From Gaiellaceae bacterium (GTDB lineage Bacteria; Actinomycetota; Thermoleophilia; Gaiellales; Gaiellaceae): DNA of 34,179 bases. Numbering within the stretch: the first letter of the stretch is position 1; the number at the start of each line of letters is the position of its first letter. Where the stretch lies: NCBI GenBank assembly GCA_035264445.1, contig DATFQE010000283.1, forward strand, positions 1-34,179, in the 5' to 3' direction. Shown one piece after another: positions 8,310 to 18,800 of this stretch. Below the pieces are notes generated by a model. That model ran no database searches, was not told the origin of the DNA, and saw nothing but the letters and a program-made list of their open reading frames with translations. Made by a program: the position numbers and the translations under genes.

Positions 8310-9410
8310 GTGTCTGTAACCGAAGGACGGCTCACCCGCGCGGACCTGCTCAAGCTCGGAGGAGCGGGTGCGCTCGGGCTGACGCTCGCCGGGCCCGCGT
8401 TCGGGCGGCCGCTATCGCTGGAAGCAACCACGATGACGATGCTCACGTGGTCCGACCACTACGCGAACAATCAGCTCGCCGCCGTCGCGAAGGCGACCGG
8501 GCTCAGAGGCCGGCCGACCCTGTTCAGCGACAACGCCGACGCGTACCTGAAGATCAAGCAGACGGGCAGCCAGTTCGACGTCGTGTCGGCGGACGGCCTC
8601 TGGGTGCCGAAATACGTGAAGAGCGGGCTGACGGAACCGTTCGACCTGTCCGACCTCCCGGTCTCGAAGCAGCTCTTCTCGCTCGCGCGGCAGTTCTCGT
8701 TCTGGAAGAGCGGCTCGAACTACATGGCGTACCCGTTCTCGTGGTCGACCGTGCAGATCTACTACAACCCGAAGTACGTCAAGACGAAACCCGACTCGTG
8801 GCAGGCGATCCTCGACAAGAAGTACGCGGGGAAGATCTCGCTCGAGAACATCCCGACCGACGTGATGGCCATCGCCGGCCGGGCGACGGGCGCCAAGAAG
8901 CCCTACGCGATGACCAGCGCCCAGATCTCGCGGGCCAAGCAGTGGCTGAAGGAGCTGAAGCCGAACGTGCTCAAGCTCGCCTCCCAGAACAACGAGGTCG
9001 TGCGCGCTCTGGCGGACGAGTCCGCCTGGATCGGGATCACGAACCTCGGCACGGACGACCGCGTCAAGGACGCGCGCGGTCCCGTGGTGAAGGCGGCGTA
9101 CCCGAAAGAGGGCACGATCGGCTTCATCGACTCCGAGAGCATCGTCAAAAGGTCGAAGCACAAGGACGTCTGGATGAAGTACATCAACGCGCTGGAGCAG
9201 GCGCCGTGGATCGCAAAGAACTTCATCACCAACGGCCGCCCGCTCTTCAACGAGAAGGCATACAAGCTGCTCGTCAACCAGGGGCACGGCGCCCGAGCGC
9301 GCCGCCTGCTCTACAACAAGCCGGAGCTCGCCCTGAAGATGACGATCAAGGGGCCCGCCGGTAACCAGCAGGCGTACATCGACGCGTTCAACGAGGTCTT
9401 CGGAGCCTGA
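8310..9410 (+). CDS. ABC transporter substrate-binding protein (PotD/PotF-like family)
   Basis: GTG at 8310. It has an N-terminal signal-like segment LTRADLLKLGGAGALGLTLAGPAFG. Length and composition fit polyamine-type binding proteins (FDVVSADGLWVPKYV, YPFSWSTVQIYYN). Confidence 0.85.
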   Translation: MSVTEGRLTRADLLKLGGAGALGLTLAGPAFGRPLSLEATTMTMLTWSDHYANNQLAAVAKATGLRGRPTLFSDNADAYLKIKQTGSQFDVVSADGLWVPKYVKSGLTEPFDLSDLPVSKQLFSLARQFSFWKSGSNYMAYPFSWSTVQIYYNPKYVKTKPDSWQAILDKKYAGKISLENIPTDVMAIAGRATGAKKPYAMTSAQISRAKQWLKELKPNVLKLASQNNEVVRALADESAWIGITNLGTDDRVKDARGPVVKAAYPKEGTIGFIDSESIVKRSKHKDVWMKYINALEQAPWIAKNFITNGRPLFNEKAYKLLVNQGHGARARRLLYNKPELALKMTIKGPAGNQQAYIDAFNEVFGA

Positions 9411-9420
9411 TCGAACCGGG

Positions 9421-10344
9421 GTGGAGCAGCAGGTCGCGACACCTCCCCACGCCCTCCCGCCGGCCGACGTGTCGGCGGGACGGCGTGGCTCGCGGCTGTC
9501 CGGCTTGACGCAGTACGCCGGCTTCATCCCGGCGCTGCTCCTCTACGGACTGTTCTTCCTCGCCCCTTTCGGCCTGATCGTCGCCTACAGCTTCTGGCAG
9601 ACGATCGACTACGAGGTCGTCCACAAGTGGACGGTCGACAACTACCGCTACTTCTTCAGCGTCCCGACTTACGTCCGGACGATGTGGGCGACGCTCTGGG
9701 TCTCGTTTGCTGCGACGGCGATCACGCTGCTGATGGCCTTCCCGCTCGCCTACTGGCTCGTCCGCTACGTGCGGAAGAGCCTGCAGGGCTTCTTCCTGGT
9801 GCTCGTCGTCGTCCCGTTCTGGACCAGCTATCTGCTCCGCGTCTACGCGTGGCTGAACATCCTGGGCGAGGGCGGGGCGATCAACCGCTTCCTGCAGTGG
9901 ACGGGCGTCACCGAGCACCCTGTCTCGTTCTTTCTCTACGACCGGCCCGCGGTGATCCTCGTCCTCGTCTACCTCTACTTTCCCTTCGCGGCGCTGACCC
10001 TGTACGCGTCGCTCCAGAAGTTCGACTGGAATCAGTACAAGGCGGCGCTCGACCTCGGCGCGCCGCCTCGCATGGCGCTACTGCGGATCGTGCTCCCGCA
10101 GATGAAGGCGGGGATGGTGACCGCGGTGATCTTCGTCTTCATCCCGATCCTGGGCGAGTACCTCACCCCGCAGCTCGTCGGGGGCGCGAAGGGCGTGATG
10201 ATCGGGAACCTCGTCGTGAACTTCTTCTCCGGCGCCCAGTACACGCGCGGCGCCGCCGTGTCGCTGCTGATTGCCGGGCTGATCGTGTTCCTGCTCCTCA
10301 TCGTTCGGAAGTCGCTCGAGGTGGAGGACCCCTACCGTGCGTGA
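9421..10344 (+). CDS. ABC transporter permease (PotB-like)
   Basis: Multi-TM protein whose EAA-type loop region is ALDLGAPPRMALLRIVLPQ. It lies in an operon with the ATPase and binding protein. Confidence 0.85.
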   Translation: MEQQVATPPHALPPADVSAGRRGSRLSGLTQYAGFIPALLLYGLFFLAPFGLIVAYSFWQTIDYEVVHKWTVDNYRYFFSVPTYVRTMWATLWVSFAATAITLLMAFPLAYWLVRYVRKSLQGFFLVLVVVPFWTSYLLRVYAWLNILGEGGAINRFLQWTGVTEHPVSFFLYDRPAVILVLVYLYFPFAALTLYASLQKFDWNQYKAALDLGAPPRMALLRIVLPQMKAGMVTAVIFVFIPILGEYLTPQLVGGAKGVMIGNLVVNFFSGAQYTRGAAVSLLIAGLIVFLLLIVRKSLEVEDPYRA

Positions 10345-11176
10345 CGTCGGGGTCGTCTCCCGGCACGCGGGCCTGGCCCGGCTCTCGTTCAGCGTATGGG
10401 CAGTGTTGATCTACCTGTTCCTGTTCGCGCCGATCGCCGTGCTCGTCGCATTCAGCTTCAACGCGAACGAGTACGGCACGTTCCCCTTCACCGGCTGGAC
10501 GATGGACTGGTACCGCCAGGTCTTCGCCGACTACCAGATCAAGGATGCGCTCTACACCTCGCTCAAGGTCGCACTCGAGGTGACGGTGATCTCGACCGTG
10601 GTCGGCACCGCTGCGGCCTTTCCGCTCGTGCGTTCCAACCTCCCTTTCCGCAGCGGGATCCGGATCGGGATGACGCTGCCGATCATGATCCCGGGCCTGC
10701 TGATCGGGGTCAGCCTCCTGATCCTGATGACGAGCGTCTTCCACTTCCAGCTCTCGCCGCAGACCGCCGTGATCGGCCAGGCCGTCTACACGACGCCGTT
10801 TGTCGTCCTGCTCGTTGCGGCGCGGCTCCAGGGCTTCGACCCGGCGCTGGAGCGGGCGGCGAGCGATCTCGGCGCCAACACGCTGAACCGGCTCCGGCAC
10901 GTGGTGCTGCCGCTGATCATGCCCGCGATCCTGGCCGGGGCGCTGTTCGCGTTCACGCTCTCGCTGGACGAGTTCATCATCACGCTCTTCCTGATCGGCG
11001 GCCACAACACCCTGCCGATCTACATCTACACGCAGGTCAAGTTCGGGATCACGCCCGAGGTGAACGCCCTGGCGAGCCTGCTCCTCTTTGCGTCGCTGCT
11101 GCTGCTCGTGATCGCGTTCACGCTGCCGATCGCGCTGCGGAAGATGCGGTTTGCGTACCGCGCGCGGCGGGCCTAG
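10337..11176 (+). CDS. ABC transporter permease (PotC-like)
   Basis: Six predicted hydrophobic segments and the EAA loop AASDLGANTLNRLRHVVLP. It overlaps the preceding permease by 8 nt. Confidence 0.85.
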   Translation: MRDVGVVSRHAGLARLSFSVWAVLIYLFLFAPIAVLVAFSFNANEYGTFPFTGWTMDWYRQVFADYQIKDALYTSLKVALEVTVISTVVGTAAAFPLVRSNLPFRSGIRIGMTLPIMIPGLLIGVSLLILMTSVFHFQLSPQTAVIGQAVYTTPFVVLLVAARLQGFDPALERAASDLGANTLNRLRHVVLPLIMPAILAGALFAFTLSLDEFIITLFLIGGHNTLPIYIYTQVKFGITPEVNALASLLLFASLLLLVIAFTLPIALRKMRFAYRARRA

Positions 11177-12213
11177 ACGTCGACGCCGACCCAGCCGCCG
11201 TCGCGGGCGCTGCGGACGGCAGCCTCCACCGCCGCGACGCCGCGGTGGCCGTCGTTGAAGGTCGGGAACGGACTGTGGAGCTCGCCTGCGATCGCGGCGT
11301 AGACGTCGGCGAAGAGGTTGCGAAACGCCTGGCCGTAGCCCTCCCCGTGCCCGGCCGGGTAGCGGGAGAGGCGGCGCGCCTGCTCGGCATTGGTGGCTGG
11401 ATCCTTGACGACGATCCGGCGTGGCCCGTCGGCCGGTCGCAGGAGCATCTCCGTCGGTACCTCCTGGTCCCAAGTCAGGCCGGCCAGCGTTCCCTCGCAT
11501 TCGAACAGGAGCTGGTTCTTCCGTCCCGCGACCCCTGCTGAGAGCACGAGCGAGCCGGCGACGTCGCCGTCGTAGCGCAGCAGCAGCGCCGCGTAGTCCT
11601 CGAGCGGCCCGCCGGCGAACGACCGGAACTCCGCCTGCACCTCGAGCAAGCGGCGATCCAGCACGTGCTCGGCGAGATCGAGCCAGTGCGTCCCCAGATC
11701 GGCGGCGACGTACGACCGGCCGGAGGCAGCCGGGTCGACCCGCCAGCCGGAGGCGGGGAAGAGCACGTCGTCGCACACGTACCTGCCGTGGACGAACGAC
11801 ACCTCGCCCACCACCCCGGTCGCGACGTCGGCCCGCATCTGCTCGACCAGCGGATAACCGCGCACGTGGTAGCACGTCGCGTGCACGAGGCCCCGCTCCT
11901 CCGCGGCTGCGACGAGCGCGCGGCTCTCCTCGGTGGAGATCGCGAGCGGCTTCTCGCAGACGACGTTGACGCCGCGCCCAATCGCGGCGAGCGCCTGGGC
12001 GGCGTGCAGGTTGTTCGGCGTGCAAACGTGGAGCGCGTCGACGCGCTCCCGCTCGAGCAGCTCGTCCAGATCGCCGTACGCCGTCGTCGGGCCGAAGCTC
12101 TCGGCGCGCTCGCGCGCGCGGCCGCAGACGGCTGTGATCTCGACCCCGAGCGCCTGCAGCGCGAGCGCGTGGACGCGGGCGATGAAGCCGGTGCCGACGA
12201 TCGCCGCGCGCAT
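11173..12213 (-). CDS. Gfo/Idh/MocA family oxidoreductase
   Basis: ATG at 12213 gives MRAAIVGTGFIARVHALAL, then VVCEKPLA. The remainder of track ORF 11173..13413 is an artefactual upstream extension. Confidence 0.85.
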   Translation of the reverse strand: MRAAIVGTGFIARVHALALQALGVEITAVCGRARERAESFGPTTAYGDLDELLERERVDALHVCTPNNLHAAQALAAIGRGVNVVCEKPLAISTEESRALVAAAEERGLVHATCYHVRGYPLVEQMRADVATGVVGEVSFVHGRYVCDDVLFPASGWRVDPAASGRSYVAADLGTHWLDLAEHVLDRRLLEVQAEFRSFAGGPLEDYAALLLRYDGDVAGSLVLSAGVAGRKNQLLFECEGTLAGLTWDQEVPTEMLLRPADGPRRIVVKDPATNAEQARRLSRYPAGHGEGYGQAFRNLFADVYAAIAGELHSPFPTFNDGHRGVAAVEAAVRSARDGGWVGVDV

Positions 12214-13298
12214 CAGCGCGCCGCGAGGAACATCTGCGTCAGCACATCGATGTCGAGCCGCGCGCCTTCCGGCGGCGTACGGCACGACGTCCCGTCGACG
12301 ACCCGGTCGTGGAAGTGACGCAACTCGCGCGAGAACGACTCGTCGTAGGCCGCGAAGACCGACGCGTCGACCGCCCGGCCGCCCCTGCGGCTGCGGCGGT
12401 AGATGGTGCTGTGCTGCTTGAGCCACGGAGAGGGGAACTCGAGCGAGTGCAGTTCCTCCGCAAACATGAGCTGGATCGTCTCGCGGTACTCGAACGTGCC
12501 GAGTAGCTGGATCCAGGCTAGGTCGATCCGGGCACCGTTGCGGAGACGCAACGCCCCGTAAACGGCGCGTCCCTCGTTCCACCAGTCTCCGCCGACGACC
12601 CGAGCCGGGAGCGGCTCGCCCAACCGCTCGAGCGCGCCGTGGACGACGTTGAGGTCGTGCACCATGCTCCCGAGGAAGCCCTCGCTGAACGCCCGGACGA
12701 CGTGCGGGTCGCCGGAGCCGACGGCCTGCTCGACCTGCTCCGCCTCCTGCCGCCGGGTCGCCTCGATCAGCTCGGCGGGGATGTCGTCGCCGCGGATGAT
12801 CTCGCCCGGCTCGAAGAACGGCTCGAACTCGGCGTCGTTGACGACGACGCTGCCGTAGCGGAGGCCGCCGGGGGCGTCGGGCAGCGCCTCGAGCATGGCC
12901 TCGACGGCGGGGTCGTAGCGCTTCATCGTCCCCACCTGGACGACCTTGCCGGCGCGGTCGCGCTCGGCCACGATCGCGTCCGCGTCGGCAAGCGTGATGC
13001 ACATCGGCTTCTCGACGAAGACGTGCACGCCGGCATCGAGCGCACCGAGCACGATCTCGGCGTGCGTCCCGGCCGGGGAGCAGACGACGACCGCGTCGAG
13101 CCCGCCGGCGTCGAGCATCGCGCGGTAGTCGGCGTGCAGGCCAGCGATCCCGTAGCGCGCCCCGAGCGCCTCGCGCACGGTCCGGCTCGGCTCCGCCAGT
13201 GCTGCCAGCGTGAACCGGTCGCGCAGCGCCGAGAGGTACGGAAGGTGTTCGGCCTGGGCGACGAGACCCCCGCCGACGACGCCCACCCGTACCGTCAA
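12213..13298 (-). CDS. Gfo/Idh/MocA family oxidoreductase
   Basis: MTVRVGVVGGGLVAQAEHLPYL Rossmann motif and HVFVEKPM. It is translationally coupled to both neighbouring genes (overlapping stop and start codons). Confidence 0.85.
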   Translation of the reverse strand: MTVRVGVVGGGLVAQAEHLPYLSALRDRFTLAALAEPSRTVREALGARYGIAGLHADYRAMLDAGGLDAVVVCSPAGTHAEIVLGALDAGVHVFVEKPMCITLADADAIVAERDRAGKVVQVGTMKRYDPAVEAMLEALPDAPGGLRYGSVVVNDAEFEPFFEPGEIIRGDDIPAELIEATRRQEAEQVEQAVGSGDPHVVRAFSEGFLGSMVHDLNVVHGALERLGEPLPARVVGGDWWNEGRAVYGALRLRNGARIDLAWIQLLGTFEYRETIQLMFAEELHSLEFPSPWLKQHSTIYRRSRRGGRAVDASVFAAYDESFSRELRHFHDRVVDGTSCRTPPEGARLDIDVLTQMFLAAR

Positions 13299-14551
13299 AC
13301 AGCCTCCAGGACGGCATGCGCGACCTTCTCGAGCGCGAAGCCGATCTCGTCGAGGTCCTGCTCGTCGTTGCGGGGCGAGAGGTCGACGTGGATCGAGCGC
13401 TCGAGCAGCGCAAGCGTGCGCGGGCAGTCGGGCTGCGGGCGTCCGGCGCGCGCGATCGCGTCGAGCACGGGCTGCCAGTACGGGTAGACGTGCAGGTCGA
13501 CGATCTCTCGGTCGTAGATCCGCATCGCCTCGACGCCCTCGGCCCGCAGCGCCTCGACCGCCTCGATAGCGAGCTCGGGGCGCTGAGCGAACGCGACCAG
13601 GCAGATCCCGGCGTCTCCCTCGTCGTCGTTCAGCCGCCTGAGCGTGAGGCCCGGGAGGCCGCTCACCCGCTCCGCGAGTTGCGCCTGCTGCGCGCGCATC
13701 CGCTCGAGCAGGCCGTCGAGCCGCGTCAGCTGGACACGCGCGATCGCTCCTTGGATCTCCGACGCACGGAAGTTCCAGCCGGCGAACCGCGGCAGGCCGG
13801 CGCCGCGACGGACCGAGCCGGCGCAGTCGTGGACGTCGATCGCGAGCTCAGAGAGGTCGTCTCGATCCGTGATCAGCACGCCGCCCTCGCCCGTCGTGAT
13901 GATCTTGTTGAACTGCAGGCTGAACGCCCCGGCGTCGCCGAACGTCCCCAGCCGGGCGCCGCGATAGCTCGCCCCCGCCGCCTGGCAGACATCCTCGATC
14001 AGAGCGAGCCCATGCTCGGCCGCGAGCGCGGTCAGCGCGCCCATCTCCGCCGGCGCGCCGCGCATGTGGACCGGAATGATCGCCTTCGTCTGTGGTGTGA
14101 GCCGCCGCTCGACGTCCTCCGGGTCGAGCGTGAGCGAGTCGTCGACCTCGGCCAGCACCGGCACGCCGCCCGCGGCGATCACCGCGTTCGGCGTCGCATT
14201 CCAGGTGTAGGCGGGGACGACGACTTCGTCGCCGGGGCCGACTCCGGCGCCGATCAGTCCGCAGATGAGCGCGGACGAGCCGGCGTTTACGCACAGCGCG
14301 TGCTTCGTGCCCATGTACGCCGCGAACTCACGCTCGAAGTCGACCACCTCGTGCGGTCCGTCGCCGACGCCGTAGTAGCGAAAGACGTTGTGGCTGCGGA
14401 TGACGCGGGCGGCCGCCTCGACCTCCTCCTCGCCGAGTTCCATGCCGCCCGGGAACATCGGCCGCTCGGGCCGCGACCGCGCTCGGAGGCCACCGTCGCG
14501 CGCCAGCCGCATGTCGACGCTCGTCCTCGCCACCTGACCGATTCTGGACAT
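13295..14551 (-). CDS. DegT/DnrJ/EryC1/StrS family PLP-dependent aminotransferase
   Basis: ELGEEEVEAAARVIRSHNVFRYYG, ALCVNAGSSALICGL, and the PLP-lysine context SLQFNKIITTGEGG. The start is uncertain: in-frame Met codons occur at 14587, 14551, 14512 and 14458. Confidence 0.88.
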   Translation of the reverse strand: MSRIGQVARTSVDMRLARDGGLRARSRPERPMFPGGMELGEEEVEAAARVIRSHNVFRYYGVGDGPHEVVDFEREFAAYMGTKHALCVNAGSSALICGLIGAGVGPGDEVVVPAYTWNATPNAVIAAGGVPVLAEVDDSLTLDPEDVERRLTPQTKAIIPVHMRGAPAEMGALTALAAEHGLALIEDVCQAAGASYRGARLGTFGDAGAFSLQFNKIITTGEGGVLITDRDDLSELAIDVHDCAGSVRRGAGLPRFAGWNFRASEIQGAIARVQLTRLDGLLERMRAQQAQLAERVSGLPGLTLRRLNDDEGDAGICLVAFAQRPELAIEAVEALRAEGVEAMRIYDREIVDLHVYPYWQPVLDAIARAGRPQPDCPRTLALLERSIHVDLSPRNDEQDLDEIGFALEKVAHAVLEAV

Positions 14552-14782
14552 GCCGCGAATCCCACGCAACCGGTCTCTCGGTCGCACTAGCTCTTGTTCT
14601 TCGTTTTACGATGGCAGCTGCATGAATTCCGGTCGTCGGAGTAGCTCGTCAGGAGGAAGGCACGGCGATCGGGCAGTGGGTGGACTCGACCCTCATGAAC
14701 CTCCGCACGTCGCCGCCGGTCCGGCTCGTCCTCAGTTCGTCGCCGTGTCCAGCGCGCGGAGCCGCCGCCGACTGGCTCGTGC

Positions 14783-15036
14783 GGGGACAAAGTTGTGTTC
14801 TTCGTTCTCAGGCGTGAGAACTAAGATCCCATTTTTGCAGGCGCTTTAGAGCGGATGATGGGTCCAACCCACGACCTTCTGCATGGCAAATCGCCTTCGT
14901 CGAGTGAGATAGACGCAGAAACCCGCTAACTGAGCGATTCTAGGCGCGGGAGTGTCGAGTTAGATTCGCCTATTCGGGGACAAAACTGGGGACAAGAAAC
15001 GTTGTCACACGAGGCGAAAGAACGAACTTGCGGGCG
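14783..15036 (-). repeat. Composite-repeat copy C (full length, C/D subfamily; T-loop region carries a 2-nt deletion)
   Basis: Order of parts: GGGGACAAAG (14783), hairpin GTTCTCA-GGCG-TGAGAAC (14804-14821), TTTTTGCAGGCGCTTTAGA, tRNA-derived core 14851-14888 (GGGTCCAACCC instead of GGGACTCGAACCC), an internal region homologous to copy D, then GGGGACAA at 14976 and 14988. The right arm aligns with copy D up to TTGCGGGCG (15028-15036). Confidence 0.8.
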
Positions 15037-15120
15037 GGTGCGTGGCATTTTCGTAAGGAGACGGGCTTCCCGCCATCCCCGCCCCGGGGCAGCGAGACGC
15101 TCACCGGCTTCCCGTGTGAC

Positions 15121-15261
15121 CTAGCGCCCTGAGCGGGTCGCCGCCGGTCTACGCCGGTACTCCTCCAGCCGCTCGCGCACGGGGTCGCGGTCGTAGAAGC
15201 GTCGCCACAAGCCTCGCCGGCCGAAGCCGCGGCGGCCACGGTGTCTACGTTCGTGGGACAT
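15121..15261 (-). CDS. Possible 46-aa Arg-rich small ORF (very tentative)
   Basis: ATG at 15261 has GGAG 9 nt upstream. The product is MSHERRHRGRRGFGRRGLWRRFYDRDPVRERLEEYRRRPAATRSGR, with roughly 80% GC3. It is below the size cutoff of the ORF track. No family recognised. Confidence 0.25.
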   Translation of the reverse strand: MSHERRHRGRRGFGRRGLWRRFYDRDPVRERLEEYRRRPAATRSGR

Positions 15262-15349
15262 CGCCGGATCTCCGTGATCGGCGTGGAGGGTACGCGCCGT
15301 CCCCCCCGCAGAGCTTGCAATCGAGCCGCGCCGCTGTATAGGAGTAGGC

Positions 15350-15820
15350 GTGGCGGTCCGCCTGCGTCCAGTGGCCGACGACGAGATCGCGGCCGTCGTC
15401 GCCGCAACCCGCGCCGACTACGAGCGTGCGATCGTGAACGCCGGGCTCAGCGAGGAGGAGGCGCATGCGAAGGCGAAGCGCGACTTCGGGCTGCTGGTTC
15501 GCGACGGCCGCCCGGTCGCGGGCCAGGAGCTGTTTGTCATCGAGGACACCGAGACGAGCGAGCGCGTGGGCCGCGTCTGGCTGGGAGAGCGCTTCGCCGG
15601 GCAGCCGATCGGGTTCCTCTACGACATCGAGATCGACGAGCGGTTCCGGGGCCGGGGCCTCGGCCGCGAAGCGATGCTACTGGTGGAGGAGGAGGCGCGC
15701 CGTCGCGGTTTCGCCGAGATCCGCCTGAACGTCTTCGGCGGCAACGAGACCGCTTATTCGCTCTACCGGTCGCTCCAGTACGTCGAGTTCACGATCGGGA
15801 TGCGAAAGCGGCTTACCTAG
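15350..15820 (+). CDS. GNAT family N-acetyltransferase
   Basis: GTG at 15350 is preceded by GGAG. The acetyl-CoA-binding motif is FRGRGLGREAMLLVEEEARRRG, and the size (156 aa) is typical. Confidence 0.85.
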   Translation: MAVRLRPVADDEIAAVVAATRADYERAIVNAGLSEEEAHAKAKRDFGLLVRDGRPVAGQELFVIEDTETSERVGRVWLGERFAGQPIGFLYDIEIDERFRGRGLGREAMLLVEEEARRRGFAEIRLNVFGGNETAYSLYRSLQYVEFTIGMRKRLT

Positions 15821-15852
15821 ACACGTCCGGTGCGCCTTCCTAGCATCGAGCC

Positions 15853-18800
15853 ATGGTGACCTGTCCGAGCTGCGGCGCGGAGAACCGCGAGGGCGCGCGC
15901 TTCTGCGACGCCTGTGGTCGCTCGGTGACCCTGGCTCAGGCCGCAGAGCCGTTCCGCAAGACGGTGACCGTCCTCTTCTCCGACGTCGTCGGCTCGACCT
16001 CGCTCGGTGAGCAGCTCGATCCCGAGGCGCTCACGCAGCTGATGACCGAGTACTTCGCCGCGATGCAGCCGATCGTCGAGCGCCACGGCGGGACGCTCGC
16101 GAAGTTCGTCGGCGACGCGGTGCTCGCCGTGTTCGGGATCCCGACCCTGCATGAGGACGATGCGCTGCGGGCGGTGAGCGCCGCCGTCGAGATGCGGGCG
16201 GAGCTCGTCCGCCTCAACGAGGACCTCGAACGGCGCTTCGGGGTCGCTCTCTCGACCCGCGCCGGCGTGAACACGGGTCCGGTCGCCGGGGTCGGCCTGG
16301 TTCCCGATCGGAACTTCGTCGCGGGTGACACCGCGAACGTCGCGGCCCGGCTCCAGCAGCTGGCCGACGGCGGCGACATCCTGCTCGGCGACGGCACCTA
16401 TCGCCTCATCCGCCACGCGGTCGACGCCGACCTCTTGCCGCAGATGGAGCTCAAGGGGAAGGCGGCACCCGCGACCGTTTACCGCCTGCGCGAGGTTCGA
16501 AGCGCAGAGGGGCTTCCGCGCCGCCTCCAGGCGCCGATCATCGGACGCGAGGCCGAGCGCGGACAGCTAGCCGGTGCGTGGGAACGAGTCGTCGTCGAGG
16601 GGACGCCGCACCTGTTCACGCTGCTCGGCGCGGCAGGCGTGGGCAAGTCGAGGCTCAGCGAGGAATTCCTCGCCTCCCTCGACGGGGCCGGCGTCGTCCG
16701 CGGCCACTGCCTCCCCTACGGCGACGGCATCACGTTCTGGCCGGTTGTCGAGATGCTCGTCCAGCTGCTCGGGAGAGACCCGACGGCGCGCCTGGAGGAG
16801 CTCGGCGTCGACCCGGTCGCAGGCGAACGGATCGCGGCGCTGCTCGGGCGCCGGTACGACGCCTCGTCCGTGGACGACCTCTTCTGGGCGGTCCGAAAGA
16901 CGCTCGAGGCCGCGGCGGCACGGACGCCACTCGTCGTCCTCTTGGACGACGTGCATTGGGGCGAGGAGGCCTTTCTCGACCTCGTCGAGCACATCGCCGA
17001 CTGGACGCGCGAGGCGCCGATCCTGCTCCTGTGCCTGGCGCGGCCCGACCTGATCGAACGGCGCCCCGCCTGGGTGGACGCGAGGCCGAACGCGACCTCG
17101 GTGCTGCTTCAGCCGCTGTCGCAAGAGGAGTCGGAGCTGCTGGTGGAAGGGCTCCATGGGCGCCTCGACGAGCACCTTCGGCGGCGGATCCTCGCGGCGG
17201 CGGACGGCAACCCCCTCTTCCTCGAGGAGATGGTGGCGATGGTGGAGCACGGCGGCGATGTCTCGGTCGTGCCGCCGACGATCCACGCGCTGCTGGCGGC
17301 TCGGCTCGATCAGCTCCCGGCGGGCGAGCGCGCTGTGCTCGAGCGGGCAGCGATCGAGGGGCAGGTCTTTCACTACGGCGCACTGCGGGCACTCCTGCCC
17401 GACGAGCCCGAGCTCAGTACGCGCCTCCAAGCGCTCGTCCGGAAGGAGCTCTTGCGGCACGAACGGCCACAGTTCGAAGGGGAAGACGCGTTCCGCTTCC
17501 GCCATCTCCTCATCCGCGATGCCGCCTACGAGGCGCTGCCCAAGCGGGCGCGCGCAGAGCTGCACGGGCGCTACGCGGACTGGCTCGACCGGCACGGCGG
17601 TGCGCTCGTCGAGCGAGAGGAGCTCGCCGGCTATCACCTCGAGCAGAGCCATCGGTACGCGCTGGAGCTCGGCGCGGCCGACGCACAGGCTTTGGAGACC
17701 GCGGCGCGCGCGGCCGACCTGCTGACGGTCGCGGGCCGACGCGCCTTCGCCCGCGGTGACATGACCGCCGCCGCCGGCCTCTTGCGTCGAGCTGCGGCCT
17801 TGCTGGAGACCGACCCGCCTCGGAGGCTCGAGCTGCTGCCGGAGCTGGGGAGGGCGCTCAGGTTCTCGGGCGACGGCGCCGGCGCTGCCGAGGTGCTTCG
17901 TTCCGCCGTCGACGAGGCGGCCGCGAGCGGCGATCGTCGCCTGGAGCAGCTCAGCCGGGTCGAGCAGGCGCTCCTGCGCCTGAACATGGACCCGGACGTC
18001 GCCACCGAGGACACGATCGCGGTGGCGGAGCGGGCGCTCGCCGCGTTCTCCGAGCTCGGCGACGAAGGCGGTCTCGCCCGGGCCTGGTCGCTCGTCGGGC
18101 ATGCGAACTGGCTGTTGTGCCGCAGCGAGCGGATGGAGGATGCATTCACGCGCGCGTTGGAGTCGGCGGAGCGAGCGGGCGACCTGCGCGAGGAAGGCTG
18201 GATCCTGCGCATGCTCGCGCTCGTCTATTGCCACGGGCCGACGCCGGTCGAGCAGGCGATCGCCCGCTGCGAGGAGATTCTCGAGCGCGGCCGGGGACAC
18301 GTAGCGATCGAGGTCTCCACGCGGGCGAAGATCGCCATGCTGGAGGCCATGCGGGGCCACTTCGGACTGGCCCGCGAGCTGTACCGCTACGGCAGGGCGG
18401 TCGGCGAGGAGTTCGGCGCCGGCCCAGTGCTCGCGGCGCTGCCCAACTACTCCGGGCCGATCGAGCTGCTCGCCGGGGACGCGGAAGCGGCGGAGCGGGA
18501 GCTCCGCGCCGGTTGCCGTGCGCTCGAGGAGCTGGGCGAGACGTCGGTGCTTTCGACGAGCCAGGCGCTCCTCGCGCGCACGCTCGAGCACGTGGGCCGG
18601 CTTGACGAGGCGGAGGAGCACACGATCCTCAGCCAGCGGAACGCTTCCCGCGACGACGTCGCCTCCCAGGCGACGTGGCGCGCCGTGCGCGCGCGCGTCC
18701 TCGCGCGACGGGGCGAGCTCGAGCCGGCTCTACAGCTGGCGCGGGACGCGGTCGCGATCGTCGACCGGACCGACTTCCTCGTCTGGCGCGGCGAAGCGTT

